DNA of 61,797 nt, filler included, from Sphacelaria rigidula (lineage: Eukaryota), in assembly GCA_964200075.2 (NCBI GenBank). It is 6 parts of 6 records of this genome, joined end to end, with 100 filler letters (N's around TTAATTAATTAA, not from the genome) between each part and the next. Parts side by side here need not be neighbours in the genome. Positions count along the whole stretch, not along the records: positions 30,952 to 41,167 come from CAXNAA020006914.1; positions 41,268 to 51,482 come from CAXNAA020006915.1; 4 more parts are not named here. One strand, written 5' to 3'. The stretch's first letter is position 1; every line of letters starts with the position of its first letter. The position numbers and the translations under genes are program-made. The notes below the pieces were generated by a model. The model was given only the letters and a program-made list of their open reading frames with translations. It made no database searches and had not been told where the DNA came from. This document shows positions 36,879-50,554 of the stretch, in pieces.

Positions 36879-39412
36879 ATGTGAAGTAAGAAAAGAAACT
36901 TGCTGACATTCTCACAAAATATTCGGAGAAAATAGTACACCAAAGATTCTTGCAACAGGTGGAGGACTTTGGGAGATAACACTCAAGTGGAGCATCTACT
37001 GGCGAGGGCAGGAAACCAGCATCGCTTCCAACATCGCAAGAAAATCAACACTACAACACCAAGGAATATGGATCGACGCATCAACAACAAGCACAAGCAC
37101 AAGCACAACATCACGAGACGTTCTGGTAACCGTCGACGCTCGAATCGTCACCAGACAAGAAATAATGGCGCAACCAAGAACAAGGAGCGAGTAGCAGTAT
37201 TTGGGGAGCAAGGAGTACTACAGTATAGCAGAGGAAATTGTAGTACCTGAGTTGTCAGTATATGGTCGAAGACAGACCGTTCTACATAAAATTATTTACA
37301 ATTTTGTTTTAGTTGGTATAAGAAAATTATCGCTGAACATGATTTCATTTTACTAAGAAGGACTCATGCAGCTATAGTGCATTATGGGATCAATGCGACG
37401 AGGTTAAACACTCCACCTTTATTTGGTACAATCATATATCATTGAGATCCGAATGTAGTAGCTTCATGGTAACAAACATATTTAAGTAAATAGATAGTTC
37501 CGGAAGATGTTTTTTGATCATAGAGTCAGAGTCAGAGTGCAGAGTGAAAGCTTCGAAACTTCACAGTGGACGTTAAAACGTTCGTAGCAGAAGGTGATGT
37601 GACGTGGCTTGACGTGATTTTGTTTGGTCGCAGTGATTGGCCGCAGGTTGCCCCGCCAAATATACGATCGACCAGCGTCCACTTCGAAAGTACATAGGCC
37701 GGCACAACACTGACTGTACCGTACACTGCGGCACCGTACTCACCATACACTACGCTTTTTCACTGCACTGCAGTACTTCAATCCACTACGGCGCACTACA
37801 GGACACTGCAGTGCTACAGTGCTGTAGTGCTGTGGTGCTGTAATGCTGTGCAGCGTGGAGTGAAAACAGTGCACTACAGAACCCTACAACAATGCATTGC
37901 GATACGGTGAACTACTGTACTGTGCAGCGGTACCGTACGGAGAGTCAGTTGTACAACCAGTAAACAGTAGTACAGTACGGTGCGCAGCACTTTCAAACAA
38001 CAGGCGTAGGCCGCATTGTGATAATTTTTCAATATGCCACCAATAACGGTGGTGCAAGACGTTATGATCTCTAACGGGATGGGAATGCAGCCAGGTGTAG
38101 TACTGGTTGTGCGCTGTAGGCTACGAATCGTTCACACCGTCTTCTTCCAGCTGAAGCTGGCAAGAGTGAGGAACTGCACCCAACGCAACGTGTACCCGTC
38201 GAGCATTTGAATTTTCACGCAACACAACCAAGCGGATGCTGATATTACGGCGGCGTTATGGAGCTCTTCTGATTGCGATGCCAAGCTTTTCTACTTCGTG
38301 AATGGCCCATTGTCATGAGTATGGCAGTTTTGATGGATGATGAATGCCCCACTTTGCTTGTTAGGGTGTAATGACTTTGGGCTGGACGTGACCATAATGG
38401 TGAAGGTGGGCGTGCTTTTGTTTCTTTCCGCTATGAACTTTGAAGAGAAACAATGGTTTTCAGAGTGAAAATGTGCAAACGGCACTCTGACTCTAAAAAA
38501 ATCGCTCTACGAAAACACTCGGAGTGGAATGTGCATCGTTACCGGCTATTTTTCTTCCACTTTAATATGAGATGGAAACAAACGTTTCCCGAAACACTCT
38601 AATGTCTACGGGGAAGTTTGTTCTTACGCAGAAGAGTTCTATCATATGTTTGCGTATATTCCTGTACGGTCATATGTGGTTTTCATGAAGATGTAGAAAT
38701 AGTTTTCAATGGGGTGTCTTGGAAAGAAATCCATTTCTCATCTGTGTATACTTTCGCGGTAGAGTAAGTTACGGTTCAACACGAACAGCAACATGAGTAG
38801 TAAGTAGAAGAGACAGTACGAAGGGGTCTGATCGTAGGGTAGATGAATGGAAAAGTCGAACTGTTAATATCAGAATGGTAAGAAGCTTTACCCAAAACGT
38901 CTGTAGTATCTAGAGTTTGTGGGTGTAGAGTTCATGGTCATATAGTTCAAGTTCTACGGTTCATAATACTAAAGATTTTGTTGAGATACGACAGTATTTT
39001 TATATACCCACTCCTGGACACTCTCTACTTCTCCCTACTCAATCAAGCCCACCAGCTTGTTGGTTTCTGCGTGAATAAGGAAGCAAGCGTTTTTTTGTGT
39101 TTATTCGGCTGAGTGAAGCGCCAACTGTTGACCATAGTTTCTTCTCTATAGTTGTACAAGTGTTGAAGCAACACTTTGCACTCTCTGCGAGCTCTCTTGT
39201 CAGAGCTGGGTTCACGTGGTGAGTCGATTGTTCCTGTCAAGTTGAGAGCCGAACACGGTATATTTTCCACAAGCCACGGCCATACTTGTAACATAGTTTA
39301 CATCTACCAGTTGGGCGACGGAGGTGCGGAGGCAAACATTCAAAGTCTTGCGAGAGGGAGACACGTCGGCATGACAAGTTGCACGGGGTAATCTTCTGTA
39401 CGAGCATCTCAC

Positions 39413-40635
39413 CTTCACAGTCGCCGCGGATGGCGCAAAGGGTTCACAGGAAATGCTACCGTCAGAGGGGCACAAATCGCGAGCAGTGAAGTCTGCAATA
39501 TAGAATGCGGGGTCCGTGAAATATTGGCGAACCTAAAACGTGTACCGTTGGGAGGGTGGGAGAGCATTTTTGAGTATCTCGTTCGCCTCGTATATTGGCA
39601 TGTCGGGGACCTGAAGGCTGGCAAAAGTGAAACGTCGTTGTGCGTACTTTGCGTTACCGCCCGGTTGGTGCGCTACTCCCACTTGCTCGCAAACACTAAA
39701 GGTTGGAGAGCCAATTGTACTAGTCTACCCTTTGGGCCAGAAGCGTTGTAAGGGGATTTTCACGTCCGAGGAGTCGAACATATTCGACGCATGAACAGGA
39801 GAGTTCTGTCTACCCAGCTCAATAGATCGCGGTCCGCACGCAACAGCAGGTTGCCTATGCAACACCACTGCAGTGGAAACACTGACCGGCTAAATGCACC
39901 TCCGAAACCCTTTTCACTCACCAGAGCAGCGGCACCCGCAACGACAGGGCACGCCATAGATGTACCTGACCCGTACATCAGCATACAGGTGCTTTCATCG
40001 CTACCGTCGCCGAACGCCGAAATCACCTGTTGTTGAACACACAAGGTGGAACGAGGTACTTTTCATGTCGTGTTCCCAGGGTGAAGACCGTAGGGGGGAT
40101 CGTGGCAAATGTTGAAGATGGACATAAAATCGTAAGGCTCGTTCGATCCGATTACGCCTTGCTCTTCGTTCGATCATGCCTCCTTCAACCTTTTCGTTGG
40201 CCAATACTGGCTTAACTCGCGTTTGGAACAGTCGAACATCGGGAAATTGGGAAAGGGATGTGGGTATTATTATTCGCCACCTGTGAGAGATGATAATAAC
40301 CGTATTACACGAAAGCACTGCTAATTCGAATGGTGGTATGGCCCCACTCTACTACCCTGTATAATGCGTAGTCACCGACATCCGACCCTCCGATGAATCG
40401 TCTGGTGTGCTTGTATAACTGTAGGAGCAGTCCTCGCACCTGGTCACCCGGAGCGACAACCTCAGGCTTGATGCGTGCGTCGAGGGTCAGGCCGTAGCTG
40501 CTGTAGTATGCTACCGTGTCGATGTCTGCGGGCACGTCCGGCGTGGTGGATGGTAAACCGAGGTATGGATCAAACCGAATATACGGGGAACCGTCACGTT
40601 TGTAGCCCACGTAACCGAACTTCTCGTAGCGTAAT
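39413..40635 (-). CDS. Subtilisin-like serine protease (S8, KP-43/TagC-like), three internal exons
   Basis: Exons 40635-40440 (..DTVAYYSSYGLTLDARIKPEVVAPGDQ), 40026-39922 (VISAFG..SGTSMACPVVAGAAAL, catalytic Ser motif) and 39532-39413 (VRQYFTD..PSAATVK). All splice sites are GT-AG and phase-consistent. Confidence 0.9.
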
Positions 40636-41167
40636 CTGCGATTCGAGCGAGATGGGTATGCGATCAAATACGCACAAGGCGGGTTAGGGTTCTCAGAGAA
40701 CGAAAGCGCGAAATTCGTGGACTGCAAATGGATTGAAACATATTTAGGTTTCGTACACAAGACGCACGGTTCACTGTAGACACAAGAGTACACGACAGAC
40801 ACGCGTTTCATGCCCACGGAGCTCATTTTGCAGACGAAAAAGTTATTAACCAGCATGATCCGCTCGTCAATATTGACAAGACAGCAGTTCTCCTGACGAT
40901 CAGTTGAGGTATGAAAATAAACTTACTCTATGAAGAATCACATCGGGACTAGACACGGGGCTCTAGACAAAACACATGTTGTGAGTGCAGTGCACTAAAT
41001 ATTAACGATCGATGAGGGTTTTCCAGTAATGCCTACTCCCACTCTGCAGCTGCAGTGCGATCACCTTTCCCCTAATATTCAAACTGCCTCGATGAAACAG
41101 CCGATCATCTATGTTGAGGATGGTGCTTTTCATTGAGGATGAGAACCCGGAGGATTAAAATCTTCGT

Positions 41168-41267
41168 NNNNNNNNNNNNNNNNNNNNNNNNNNNNNNNNN
41201 NNNNNNNNNNNTTAATTAATTAANNNNNNNNNNNNNNNNNNNNNNNNNNNNNNNNNNNNNNNNNNNN
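41168..41267. other. Artificial contig-joining spacer
   Basis: 44 N + TTAATTAATTAA + 44 N. Confidence 0.98.
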
Positions 41268-41939
41268 TCCCGACTTTGTAGGGATGCGTGGTCAATGGTT
41301 TTATGACTATGGCATGCAAGATCATGAGTACACCCCCTCCTTCCCCCCAGCTAACTGTGATGAACATGCCCAGCCCTTGCGTAGAGGAAAAGAACAACGT
41401 ACGATTGAAAAATCTTGACGCATTCCACCTGTGTGAGTCATGATCCAGCAGTAGAAACTTGGTGATCCCGGAAAATATCTCACTTCGAAGGTACGTCATG
41501 AAATGACATGATTCGCGAATTTCATGTCATGCCCCCCCCCCTCCCACCACCACCACCCCCTGCAGGATACGGCGTAGGCACAAGGGTAGTATAACGAGCC
41601 AGGGTTGAAATGACAGTCTTGTGTGAATGGGGGGTGATGTAAGTCATGGTAAAACTGGTGCAGGAAGTTTTCCATGATGATACGGGTGTTGTACGGGTGA
41701 CGTTTTGAAAACTGAGCCGAAAATGTACTGCAGTAGATAGTTACCGATCTAGTACTAGTAGGTGGGAGGGTGGTTAAAGGACCTATGGTCATCATCCAGA
41801 TCACAGTCTCGTGGAGGCGTTGGTGTAGCTACAGTAGAACTCATGCGAGAAGCTCACACGTATATGCGTTAAATTTTCACAGGTTGTCTACTGATGTACC
41901 CCATCCCGACCGTGACGGTACGTTCATGTTGAAATACAG

Positions 41940-42478
41940 ACAGCCGCTTTGGAGCTTATCGTGGGCGTGTTGACGACCTACGGAGGTGCTCGGTTCCGTG
42001 CCCTTTCTGAGGCAGCCGCGTTGATGAGGGGCGACCTGTGCGCTTCTCTTCTGCACCACTGCACCTCTGACGTGACGGAGCTCGTGTCCCTCAGTCTCCG
42101 TGTGTTCGTTGCGCTAGTCGCGGGTTTCAAGGTGAAACCAAAGTTTTTTTTCTTCTTTTTTTTCTATTTTTTCTTGTTTTTTAGTTGTTGTTTTCGTTCT
42201 TCTCCTTCTCCCTCCTCTGTTTTTTTTTTTCGTCTCTTTTGTTTTTCTGGGTCGTTTTGGTTCAGGCATTGTGTTACGCACCGTAAAAAAATGGTTGGAT
42301 CAGGTGCGGCGTCTTAATATTTTTGTTTCCCCCTTATGAGAAGGGAAAAGGTGGTGGGAGGTTTGGCAATAGTTGGGAGAGAGTATTGTTGCTATTTAAC
42401 CCTTGCGGTGCCTCACAATGAAGTCTCAGCTGAAGCTTTGGTGTCGCGATGAGATGTGATGATCGATCAAGTATTGTG

Positions 42479-42511
<33 letters not shown>

Positions 42512-42987
42512 TGTATGTATGTATGTATGTATGCGGGAAGGGCATGCGTCGCGGTGATGATTTTGTTTGTATGTTTAATATTCAGTCGTTCGTTAAAGTT
42601 CGTCTTATAAAAAGGTAAGAAACTCGCTGTTGATGTTGTAGGGCGGTACGGTACGGTACAGCGCGACCGCAATCATTTTCGGCTATTTAGTTACGAAGAA
42701 TACGTGTATCGATATCGACGGCTGCGCTCGTTGGTGTGCATCTTGTCGGGGTACAGCTTTTGCTGTTGCTATTGTCTATTTTTTCTGCTGACTTACATAC
42801 GATGCACTTCCCACAAAGCCGACAGGGAGATGGATACGCTGCCCACGCATTTCCGCCCGCTTGTTTCTTTCTGCCATCAATATCCTTCGGTACATTCGGC
42901 ATACATGTATACACATAAATCTACCCCCGTGGCCAATCCATCAATCGTGCAGATTGGGCGTTTCGGGCCCACCAGATGATTTCGTCG

Positions 42988-43054
<67 letters not shown>

Positions 43055-46000
43055 TCCCAAGTGAAAAAATCCGCGCCTCATTTTCACGAGTGAAACACAG
43101 GTGCGGCGCTGTCATTTTCCATCTCCTGCATGGTTTGTGTGTGTATGTGTTTTGTGATATTTTCGTGTAATTTGGCTTTTGGTGGTGTTCGCTCCCCCGC
43201 CCTGTTTTGCTATTTTGCTATTTTGTTCCTTTACCGTTTTGCTATTTTGCTGCTGTTCCAGAATCATTTGAAGGCCGAGATTGAGGTTTTCATCACATCA
43301 ATTTTCTTGCGAATCCTGGAGAGCGAGCACTCAGTCTTTGAGCACAAGGTGTGTGTGACGGGCAAAGGGCACGACTGGACCCCGTTCCGTGTGTGTACTT
43401 GGACGCGCTAAAACAAAGGACTGCACTGTTGTGCCCCCGCCGGGCATGATGGATGGAGGGGGACAGAAAGGGGTGCAAAAAAGCTCAAACAAGAGGCAAC
43501 AAATACGCCAGAGATGTGCATTGAGGACTGTGATGTGTTCATCTGGGTCTTGAAAGTACAGCTATTTTCTCTAGTGAGAGTGATACCTTTCTGCAGATGA
43601 CCGACCCACCCTGAGTGGTTCAAAGTGTTTCATATGGAATCGATGTGTTGATGTTTATACGATTTGTGTTGTTGATGAAGAACATGTAGAGTTGAAAAAA
43701 GAACGGATGGATTAATCTGGCGAACGGAACGGGTAGCGGCCGTTGTCGATTATTGTTATTATTTTATTTTTATTCCTATTTTTCTTATTTTTATTCATAT
43801 ATATATATATATATATATATATGCTTATTCTTATTTGTATTCTCATTTTTATCACCACAGGGTGGTAGTACTCATAGCGGATACGTGTGTACATGTGTAC
43901 CATGCCATGCGTGGGGCGCGCTGAAGGAGAGGGAGGGGGCGGGAAGATGATTTCCGTCCCTGCCTTTGAGTGTATATCGTAGCCGTTGACGAGAGGAGCT
44001 GCCGAGCATGGTGGCTTTTCATCGTCAACGATGGTCAGCCAGTGGTCGGGGCTGGGTGTTGTGACCCCTTCGATGATTCGAATGCACTGATTGGTTCATT
44101 GATTCGAGTGCACTGATTGGAAGATTGATTCGTTCACTGGTTGTCGCGCATGAAGTGACTCCCTAGAAATGAGGTAAACGTATCCGGGGTGAAATAAAAC
44201 GGGAACACTTGCTGAAAAAAAAGCTCAAGGAGGCGGACAACGAAAATAGAGAGTGAGAACAGAGTAAGTAGTCTAAAAAACGAGAAGAAACGAAACGAAA
44301 CGAAACGAAACAACATAAAGACACTCGAGGTACAAACAAGGAGGAAGGGAAGGGAGGGAAGGCTGGGAAGGGGAAAATAAATAACGGTGAGTATACATCA
44401 TGAGGATAACACACCGAAACTAAGCATACTGCCAACCATTAGACGGATGCTGCAGCCGCCCCCGCTGCCGCTGTCACTGCTGATGCCGCTGCTGCTACTG
44501 CTGCTACCGCTGTCTGCTTCCCTCGTGGAAAATGGAAACAAAACGGAAAACCAAAACACCGGTAATTGCCCGCTCGTGTGCGCTTCCGAGCGGCAGATGC
44601 TGGTGGTGGAGGTGATATCGGAGCTGTGTCGAGATCCCCTCGCCCTGGTGGAGATGTTTGTCAACTACGACTGCGATCTGCAGGCCATTGATTTGTTCAA
44701 GAGGATCGTTACCGCGTTGGCGAAGGTGAAGGAGAAAAAAGGGGGGAAAGAAATTCACACCCTCACTAGAAAATGTAATCACACCCGAGCGAACGGAAAC
44801 GTACAGTATCCATGATGTGTTTTCGTCTTTGTTCTCGAGATATGCTGTAATCAATATCAAGAGGACCAGGTTGTTGCACGCTGTTTCGTTTTTTTGTTCC
44901 CGAGTTTTTTTTTTTTTTTTTTTTTTCTTTCTTTGTTCTTCGCCCCCCCCAGTTGTCCTATTCATCCACTCTCTTNNNNNNNNNNAAAGAAGAAAAGGTT
45001 CGCCCCCGGGGTTTCGTTTTTTTGTTCCCGAGTTTTTTTTTTTTTTTGTCTCGTCCGTGCTCGCCCGCTCCCCAATTATTCACTATGATCAATCATCGTC
45101 GCTGGGATAGAAGAAAAAATCGGATTCAAATTTGTTGTTGCTGATGTGATCGATGATTTTTCCTCAATCGTTCAGGCATTTAGGCATTTAGGCATCTAGG
45201 CATCTAGGCATCTAGTCATTTAGTCATTGAGTCATTCCTTTTTTTATTTTATTCACGCATTCACTTATTCATTTAATCATTTACTCATTTTCTCATTTAC
45301 TCATCAATTACTTCATTCCCTTCTCCTTCTCCTTCTCCTTGTCCCCGCGTTTCGTTCTGCACCTGGTTCATGTAGTTGAAGTTGTCGCATTTTCCAATAT
45401 AGTGTCCTCCCCTGGTTTTGGTTCGATAAATCAAGCGCATCGTCACTTCATTTCACCTCACTTCACCCTATGTCACTTTACTTCGCGTCATGTCACGCCA
45501 CGTTTCGTCACGCACTGTGCTTGAATTCTGATGACGTAGGTGGCCAAGGGATGTACTCTCCCTGACAGCGCCGGCAAGAAGGAGCAAGAGGACGCCCGGT
45601 CCTTGCAGATGCTGGGCATGAAGGGTATCGTGGACACTGTGTCCTCCATGGTGAAAGCTGCCGACTTGGAGATTTTGGCGGGCGAGATGGAGATGGCTTC
45701 CAGGCAAACGGGCGGGAGGTGAGAGTGCTTGTTTAGCACGTGCTTTTGTTTGATGTGTGTCCCTGTCTGATAAGTGGTTGTTCTGAGGGCTGCAGGCTTT
45801 GAATTCTGTCTTCAGGCGTGCTTATTCTGGCATGGTGGGGTTTTGCTGTGGTCTTGGGTTGATGGGGGTTGTTTCATGATCGCGGTGTGTTGTGGCTTCG
45901 CAGTTGTTTCCTGCTTTATTTCGAAGTATTGCTGTATCCGTGGGTTCTATTCGTCTTTGCTTCTCTCATTGATGGAGGTGACTCAGTTCTCGACACACCC

Positions 46001-49000
46001 TGATCTTCGTGTGTTACGCAATTCAACATACTGTATCACAACGTTATGGCCTCAACCATGCACAGCTGTGTTCTCGCACAGTCAATTCATATTCACAGAC
46101 GCCCCCAAACAATCCCAATAATACCCCCCGCCCTCCTCCCCTGCTGCTCACCAACACCATGCCAAACCTTGCCACCCAACGCATAACACACCCACCACGC
46201 CGTCCTTTTTGCACCTCCACCACGCGACACAGAAAACGCCTGAACTCCGCGGAGTCAGAAGAAGTCTCAGCTTCCGGCGGCGTAGCCATCGGATCCATGC
46301 AGGCTTCACCCGCCGCCCCCGCTGCTGCTGCCGCCGGCATCGGTGACGAAGTCCCAACACCGACAAGCGGCAAGAATACCGCCATCATGACCAACGACGG
46401 CAACCCCTCCGATGTAGACTTGGGCTCGGCGGCGCCTGCGGAAGCCTCTCCAGCCTCGTCCGACCCTCCCAGCCTTGCCTCCAGCGCAAAAGTATCACTT
46501 TCTGCTCCGTTGACAGTGCAGCCGCCACCGGAGGAGGGAGGAGAGAAGATGGAGGAGGAGCAGGAGGAGCAGGAGGAGCAGGAGGAGAAAGAGGTCGAGC
46601 CATTTCGCAGTAGTGGCCCCGTCACAACAAGCACGAGTATGGTGGACAGCACCTTACCGGTGCTGGCTACTACAGCTCCAACTACCCCGGTTGGTGCCAC
46701 AGGAGGCAGAACAGTAGCAGCGACAGTAGCGGGGGCAGGAACAGAAGCAAATATCAGTTCACTGTCGTTTGCAAGCACATGGAGCAAGGAGGGCGCCGGT
46801 GGTGGCAGGACGGTGGGCCCTGCGGGTCTGAGAGGGGTAAATTTGCCTCGCCGGCCGTACTCGTCGGTATCTGAAGGACCGGATGCTGCTTTGTTGCGTG
46901 CGGCGGGGATGAGCGCGCAGGAGGGGGAGGGCAGTGGGGGGCGGACGGGAGCATTCGGTGCCGGTGGTATCGGCAGTCGGGATAATTTTGTTAGAGGGGC
47001 GGGAGGGCGTTTTGATGGAGGACAGCAGCAGGGAGAGGCCACGCAGGTGTTCGACAAGAAGAGGCGTGTGCAGAGGGAGCTGGAGGAGGGCATCGTGAAG
47101 TTTAACCAGAAGCCTAAGGAGGGGTTGGCTCTTCTAGTGAGTGCTAAGTCGACATCCATTGATTCGGCATGCCTTTCCTTTGCTTGTTGGCGATTAATCT
47201 CTCCGTACACCGAGCGGAGCTTGAGGTTTCGTTTTACAACTTTGTCATCTTTTCAGCTCTGTGATATTCACCGTCGGTTTGTACAGAAACTGCTCTTTTT
47301 TGTTCTTTCATTTTTTTCCCGTCAAGATTTTGTCAGGTGTAGAGTAAATGCTGTGTCAATTCAAAAGTCGGCAGCGCCAACTTTCTGGGTAGCATGCGGC
47401 AAGTGACACCACCACGTACCTCACGTGAGCAAATTGGTACAGGAATTACGCGACGCGCTGATCCGTATTTGTTCAAGACGGGGATGCCAGAGATTTTATG
47501 ATGTGTCTCGTGTCGATATTTTCGAGGCGTATTATCATAGGAATATACATTTCCCCGCCCAGCAGTGTTCGTCAGTTTGTCCTTTCAATGCGAAGAAGTG
47601 GAACTACCGAACAGTTGCTTCTCGAGACAGGGAAGGCTTGGAAGCCCAGGCAAGTGATACAGATGGTGTGTTGCTTGTCGGCGCTTTTTCGCTGATTTGG
47701 ACTGCACATCCGTCGCCCGACGGTTAGCTCGCCGATGAAAGGGGCACTGTGTCGAGGGAACGTTCACTTTATGTCGAGAACGACCACTGCGTCAAAGGGA
47801 ACGACCACTCTGTCGAGGGAACGACCATTTTGTATGAAGAACGACAGTCTGTTTATAGAACGATCATTATGTCTCAAAGAACGGTCAGTCTGCCTATAGA
47901 ATGACCGGCTGTCTATCTAACAGCCAGTCTTCTCAAGGACGGCCAGTCTGTCTGACGAATGACCAGCCTGTCTGAAGAAATGACCATTCTCTCAAGGAAG
48001 ACCAGTCTGCCTCAAGGAACGACCTTTCTGTCTTGGCCTCTTTTTGGTCTCAATCAGTGGCCTTGGCGGCCTGCGTTTTTGACTACTCCTCCATTACGTG
48101 CTACTGAATTATAGGACATCCAACAGGGCGCTGGGACATACTGCAGCAGTCCGGTGTCGAGAATTTGTTGCTCAAGGAACCGAGGGTCGTTGATATTCCG
48201 CCCTCTCGCATGTGAACTGATGCCTTAGTTTGATTCATCACATTTCAACATTGCGTTCTGATTGACACAACACATATATTTCGACCCCCAGTCTAGTTGT
48301 ACCTGCCAGCGGGAGCTCGGATTAATCAGCCCTTAGACTACCAGGGGGGGTCGTGTGGGCCTAATCATCATATTTTCAAGCGAACGCGATGTCGATTCAG
48401 CATCTGAGTACACCTGGGTGGTGGTTGGTCAAAAGGCTAATTTCCGACACGTTGTTTAACTAATGCGGCTGGGGAAAACATGGGCTGAAAATCTGTCTCT
48501 TGGGCCCTATGCTCGTGTTTCTGGATTGGTTTAGTGCACCTCACCCGCCCACCCGCTTTGGGATCAAGGATCAGGTAATGTGCGAAAGGAATGGAATGGA
48601 TCAGAGTTGAAATCACAGCCTCGTGCGGGAGGGGGTTGATGAAGTCATGGCGAAGTTCATTCGAGAGCTACATGCGATAATTACGCATATCATTAGATTT
48701 GAATGGTTTGACCCACTCACCCCATCCGTCCATTCATCCATTCACGCACGCACTTACCCACGATTACGCCGTTTTTTTTTCCCTCCAGGAATCTAAAGGC
48801 CACTTGGACAGCAAGGACCCCGCTTCAGTGGCGGCGTTTCTCCGCGCTCAGGCCGACCGATTGGACAAGACCGAGGCGAGTGTGGGTCTGGCTTTGCGTC
48901 GGCAGGATACCCTTCTCATAGATCAAATTTTTCAATATTGAAGTTTTGACGTTTTTTTTTCCTCTGGGAGTTTGTTGCCATTACTGTAGCGATGTTTTTG

Positions 49001-50152
49001 TCTGTTGACATGCCTTGGGTACCTCTCTTTCTTATGTCCACTGCTGAACAGATTTCAAGGGTGTCTTGGGTAGGGTATTTACTGCATTTGAATATCTTGG
49101 AAAATCGTACTCTTGAGTACCCAAAACTTGGTATGGTATTGAGATCGTACTCGACAATACCCAGGTATTGCGTAGAGTATTACGATCTTACCTCACTTTA
49201 CCCCATAATAGGATAGAGTTTGGAGGTTGGACCATCGCCAGGGCGAGGGGTATTTACCCTACTCAACACGTCCTTGATAGATTTTCGGTGGAGCTATTGA
49301 AAGTGAGATATTCGATCAGTGCGTCGATCGGTCAGTCGGTCAACATTACATGTTGTATCATACAGTACATGTCTAGGAGTGCGATCGCTATGGAAATGAA
49401 GAATGGTGTACCGAACACGTACATGAAGCGTCCCTGGCGAGAAGTAAACAGAACCGACCGACAAAAGTTTTTGCTCTTGTCGAGGAAATCGAGACAATAT
49501 ATGTATCACATATAACATGTGTGTGCACCCAGTAGTACAGGTTGTTGTAGAACATGTTCCACAACGACACACGGACGACGGCATATCTGATTGCCCTATC
49601 TGTTTTGGAATATTTTTTACCGCGAAAATTTGACCGTTGTGGAAAAAATTACTGCCCGAAAACCAGAGCAAAGACTCGATAAGTATTTCTATAGTCAGCA
49701 AACGCTGCACAGAGCACAAGTCGAGGACATGGGATGTTGCTTTATGCCCCCCCCCTCCCCCCTCCCCCCCATTCACACGGAAAAGGTACAATAGTAATAT
49801 CAATGTACACGACGCGTCGACGCAAACCGCTGTTACCGTTTTGATTATTTTTCTTCTTGCGGTTGTGTTTTCATTAAAAAAAAAAAAACACGCACACACA
49901 CTCCCTCCTTTACTTCAAGGGAGGACAAAAATATCGTGCACCACACTTGCTCGCCTTTTTTGTCCCTGGAACATGCTTACCTTGTCTTATCTCATCTAAT
50001 CTCATCTCTCTCTCGCTTGTTCCCTCCTTCTCTTTATTCTTCCATGCTTTCGCTCTTCCTTTTTTCTTCTTACAGGTGGGAGAGTTCATGGGTAGGGGAA
50101 TTGAGTATATGGAAGGATTTTGCGTCAAGGTTCTGCACGCCTACGTTGACGG
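41940..50152 (+). CDS. SEC7: Large ARF guanine-nucleotide exchange factor (BIG/Sec7 type), partial: HUS domain to start of Sec7 domain
   Basis: Exons 41940-42131, 43262-43348 (HLKAEIEVF), 44597-44725 (HUS box FVNYDCD), 45540-45718, 46233-47136 (..GIVKFNQKPKEGL), 48789-48875 (..VAAFL..LDKTE) and 50076-50152 (VGEFMG..VLHAYVD). Phases are consistent throughout. Confidence 0.93.
42482..42533. repeat. (TATG)n microsatellite
   Basis: Perfect tetranucleotide run in an intron. Confidence 0.95.
42991..43050. repeat. (TC)n microsatellite
   Basis: Perfect dinucleotide run in an intron. Confidence 0.95.
47745..48030. repeat. Degenerate ~20-bp minisatellite in an ARF-GEF intron
   Basis: Recurring GAACGACCA(C/G)TCTGTC(G/T)(A/C)(A/G)G units. 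Confidence 0.75.
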
Positions 50153-50554
50153 GTGAGTGAGGTCAATACCATTCAGCAGACAAGAGACAGACGAGCAAGT
50201 TGCGACAAGGAAATGTGTACAAGATGGCCGCGCGGGAAGGGGGCTAAGACCCCTCCTGCTTGCGCAAGGTGGCAGGGGAAGTCAAGGAGTGATGCGTACA
50301 GTGCAAAGATGGAAGAATGGGTCGCCATCCGGGATTTGAAAACAACAGGGTTTTGACACGCACTGAACGAATTTGAGGGGGGGGATCATGACAAAACGAT
50401 TGCACCGGGTTTCCCTCCGAAGATTCGTTTCCGTCAAACATTTCGAACTCAAGCGCTTTCGGAGCTCACGTGGAAGAAATGGACGGTTTCCCGAGACCCA
50501 CTGTCACTGTACATGAGGGAATGCTTTTTTTTGGGGGGGGAGGGAAGTCGGGAG

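Larger units (their letters stand above)
31560..36978 (+). mobile_element. Decayed Ty1/copia retrotransposon (copia-2) with nested insertions; LTRs not identified
   Basis: gag fragments, zinc knuckle CYNCGKPGHLMRDC, protease VDSGASNYF, pre-integrase VWHKRLVH..CATC, integrase LRTDRGGEY, RT (ALDVQISFLN, SDPCVY, WFVDNILVTG) and RNase H (RSTTG, STTEA, LADILTK). Many stops and frameshifts. Outer boundaries are approximate. Confidence 0.9.

Noticed and set aside
46044..47210. 388-aa minus-strand ORF
   Set aside because: Antisense shadow of the GC-rich ARF-GEF exon with no independent motif.
39413..50152. Functional linkage of subtilisin and ARF-GEF as a divergent gene pair
   Set aside because: They are separated by an artificial spacer and lie on different contigs.
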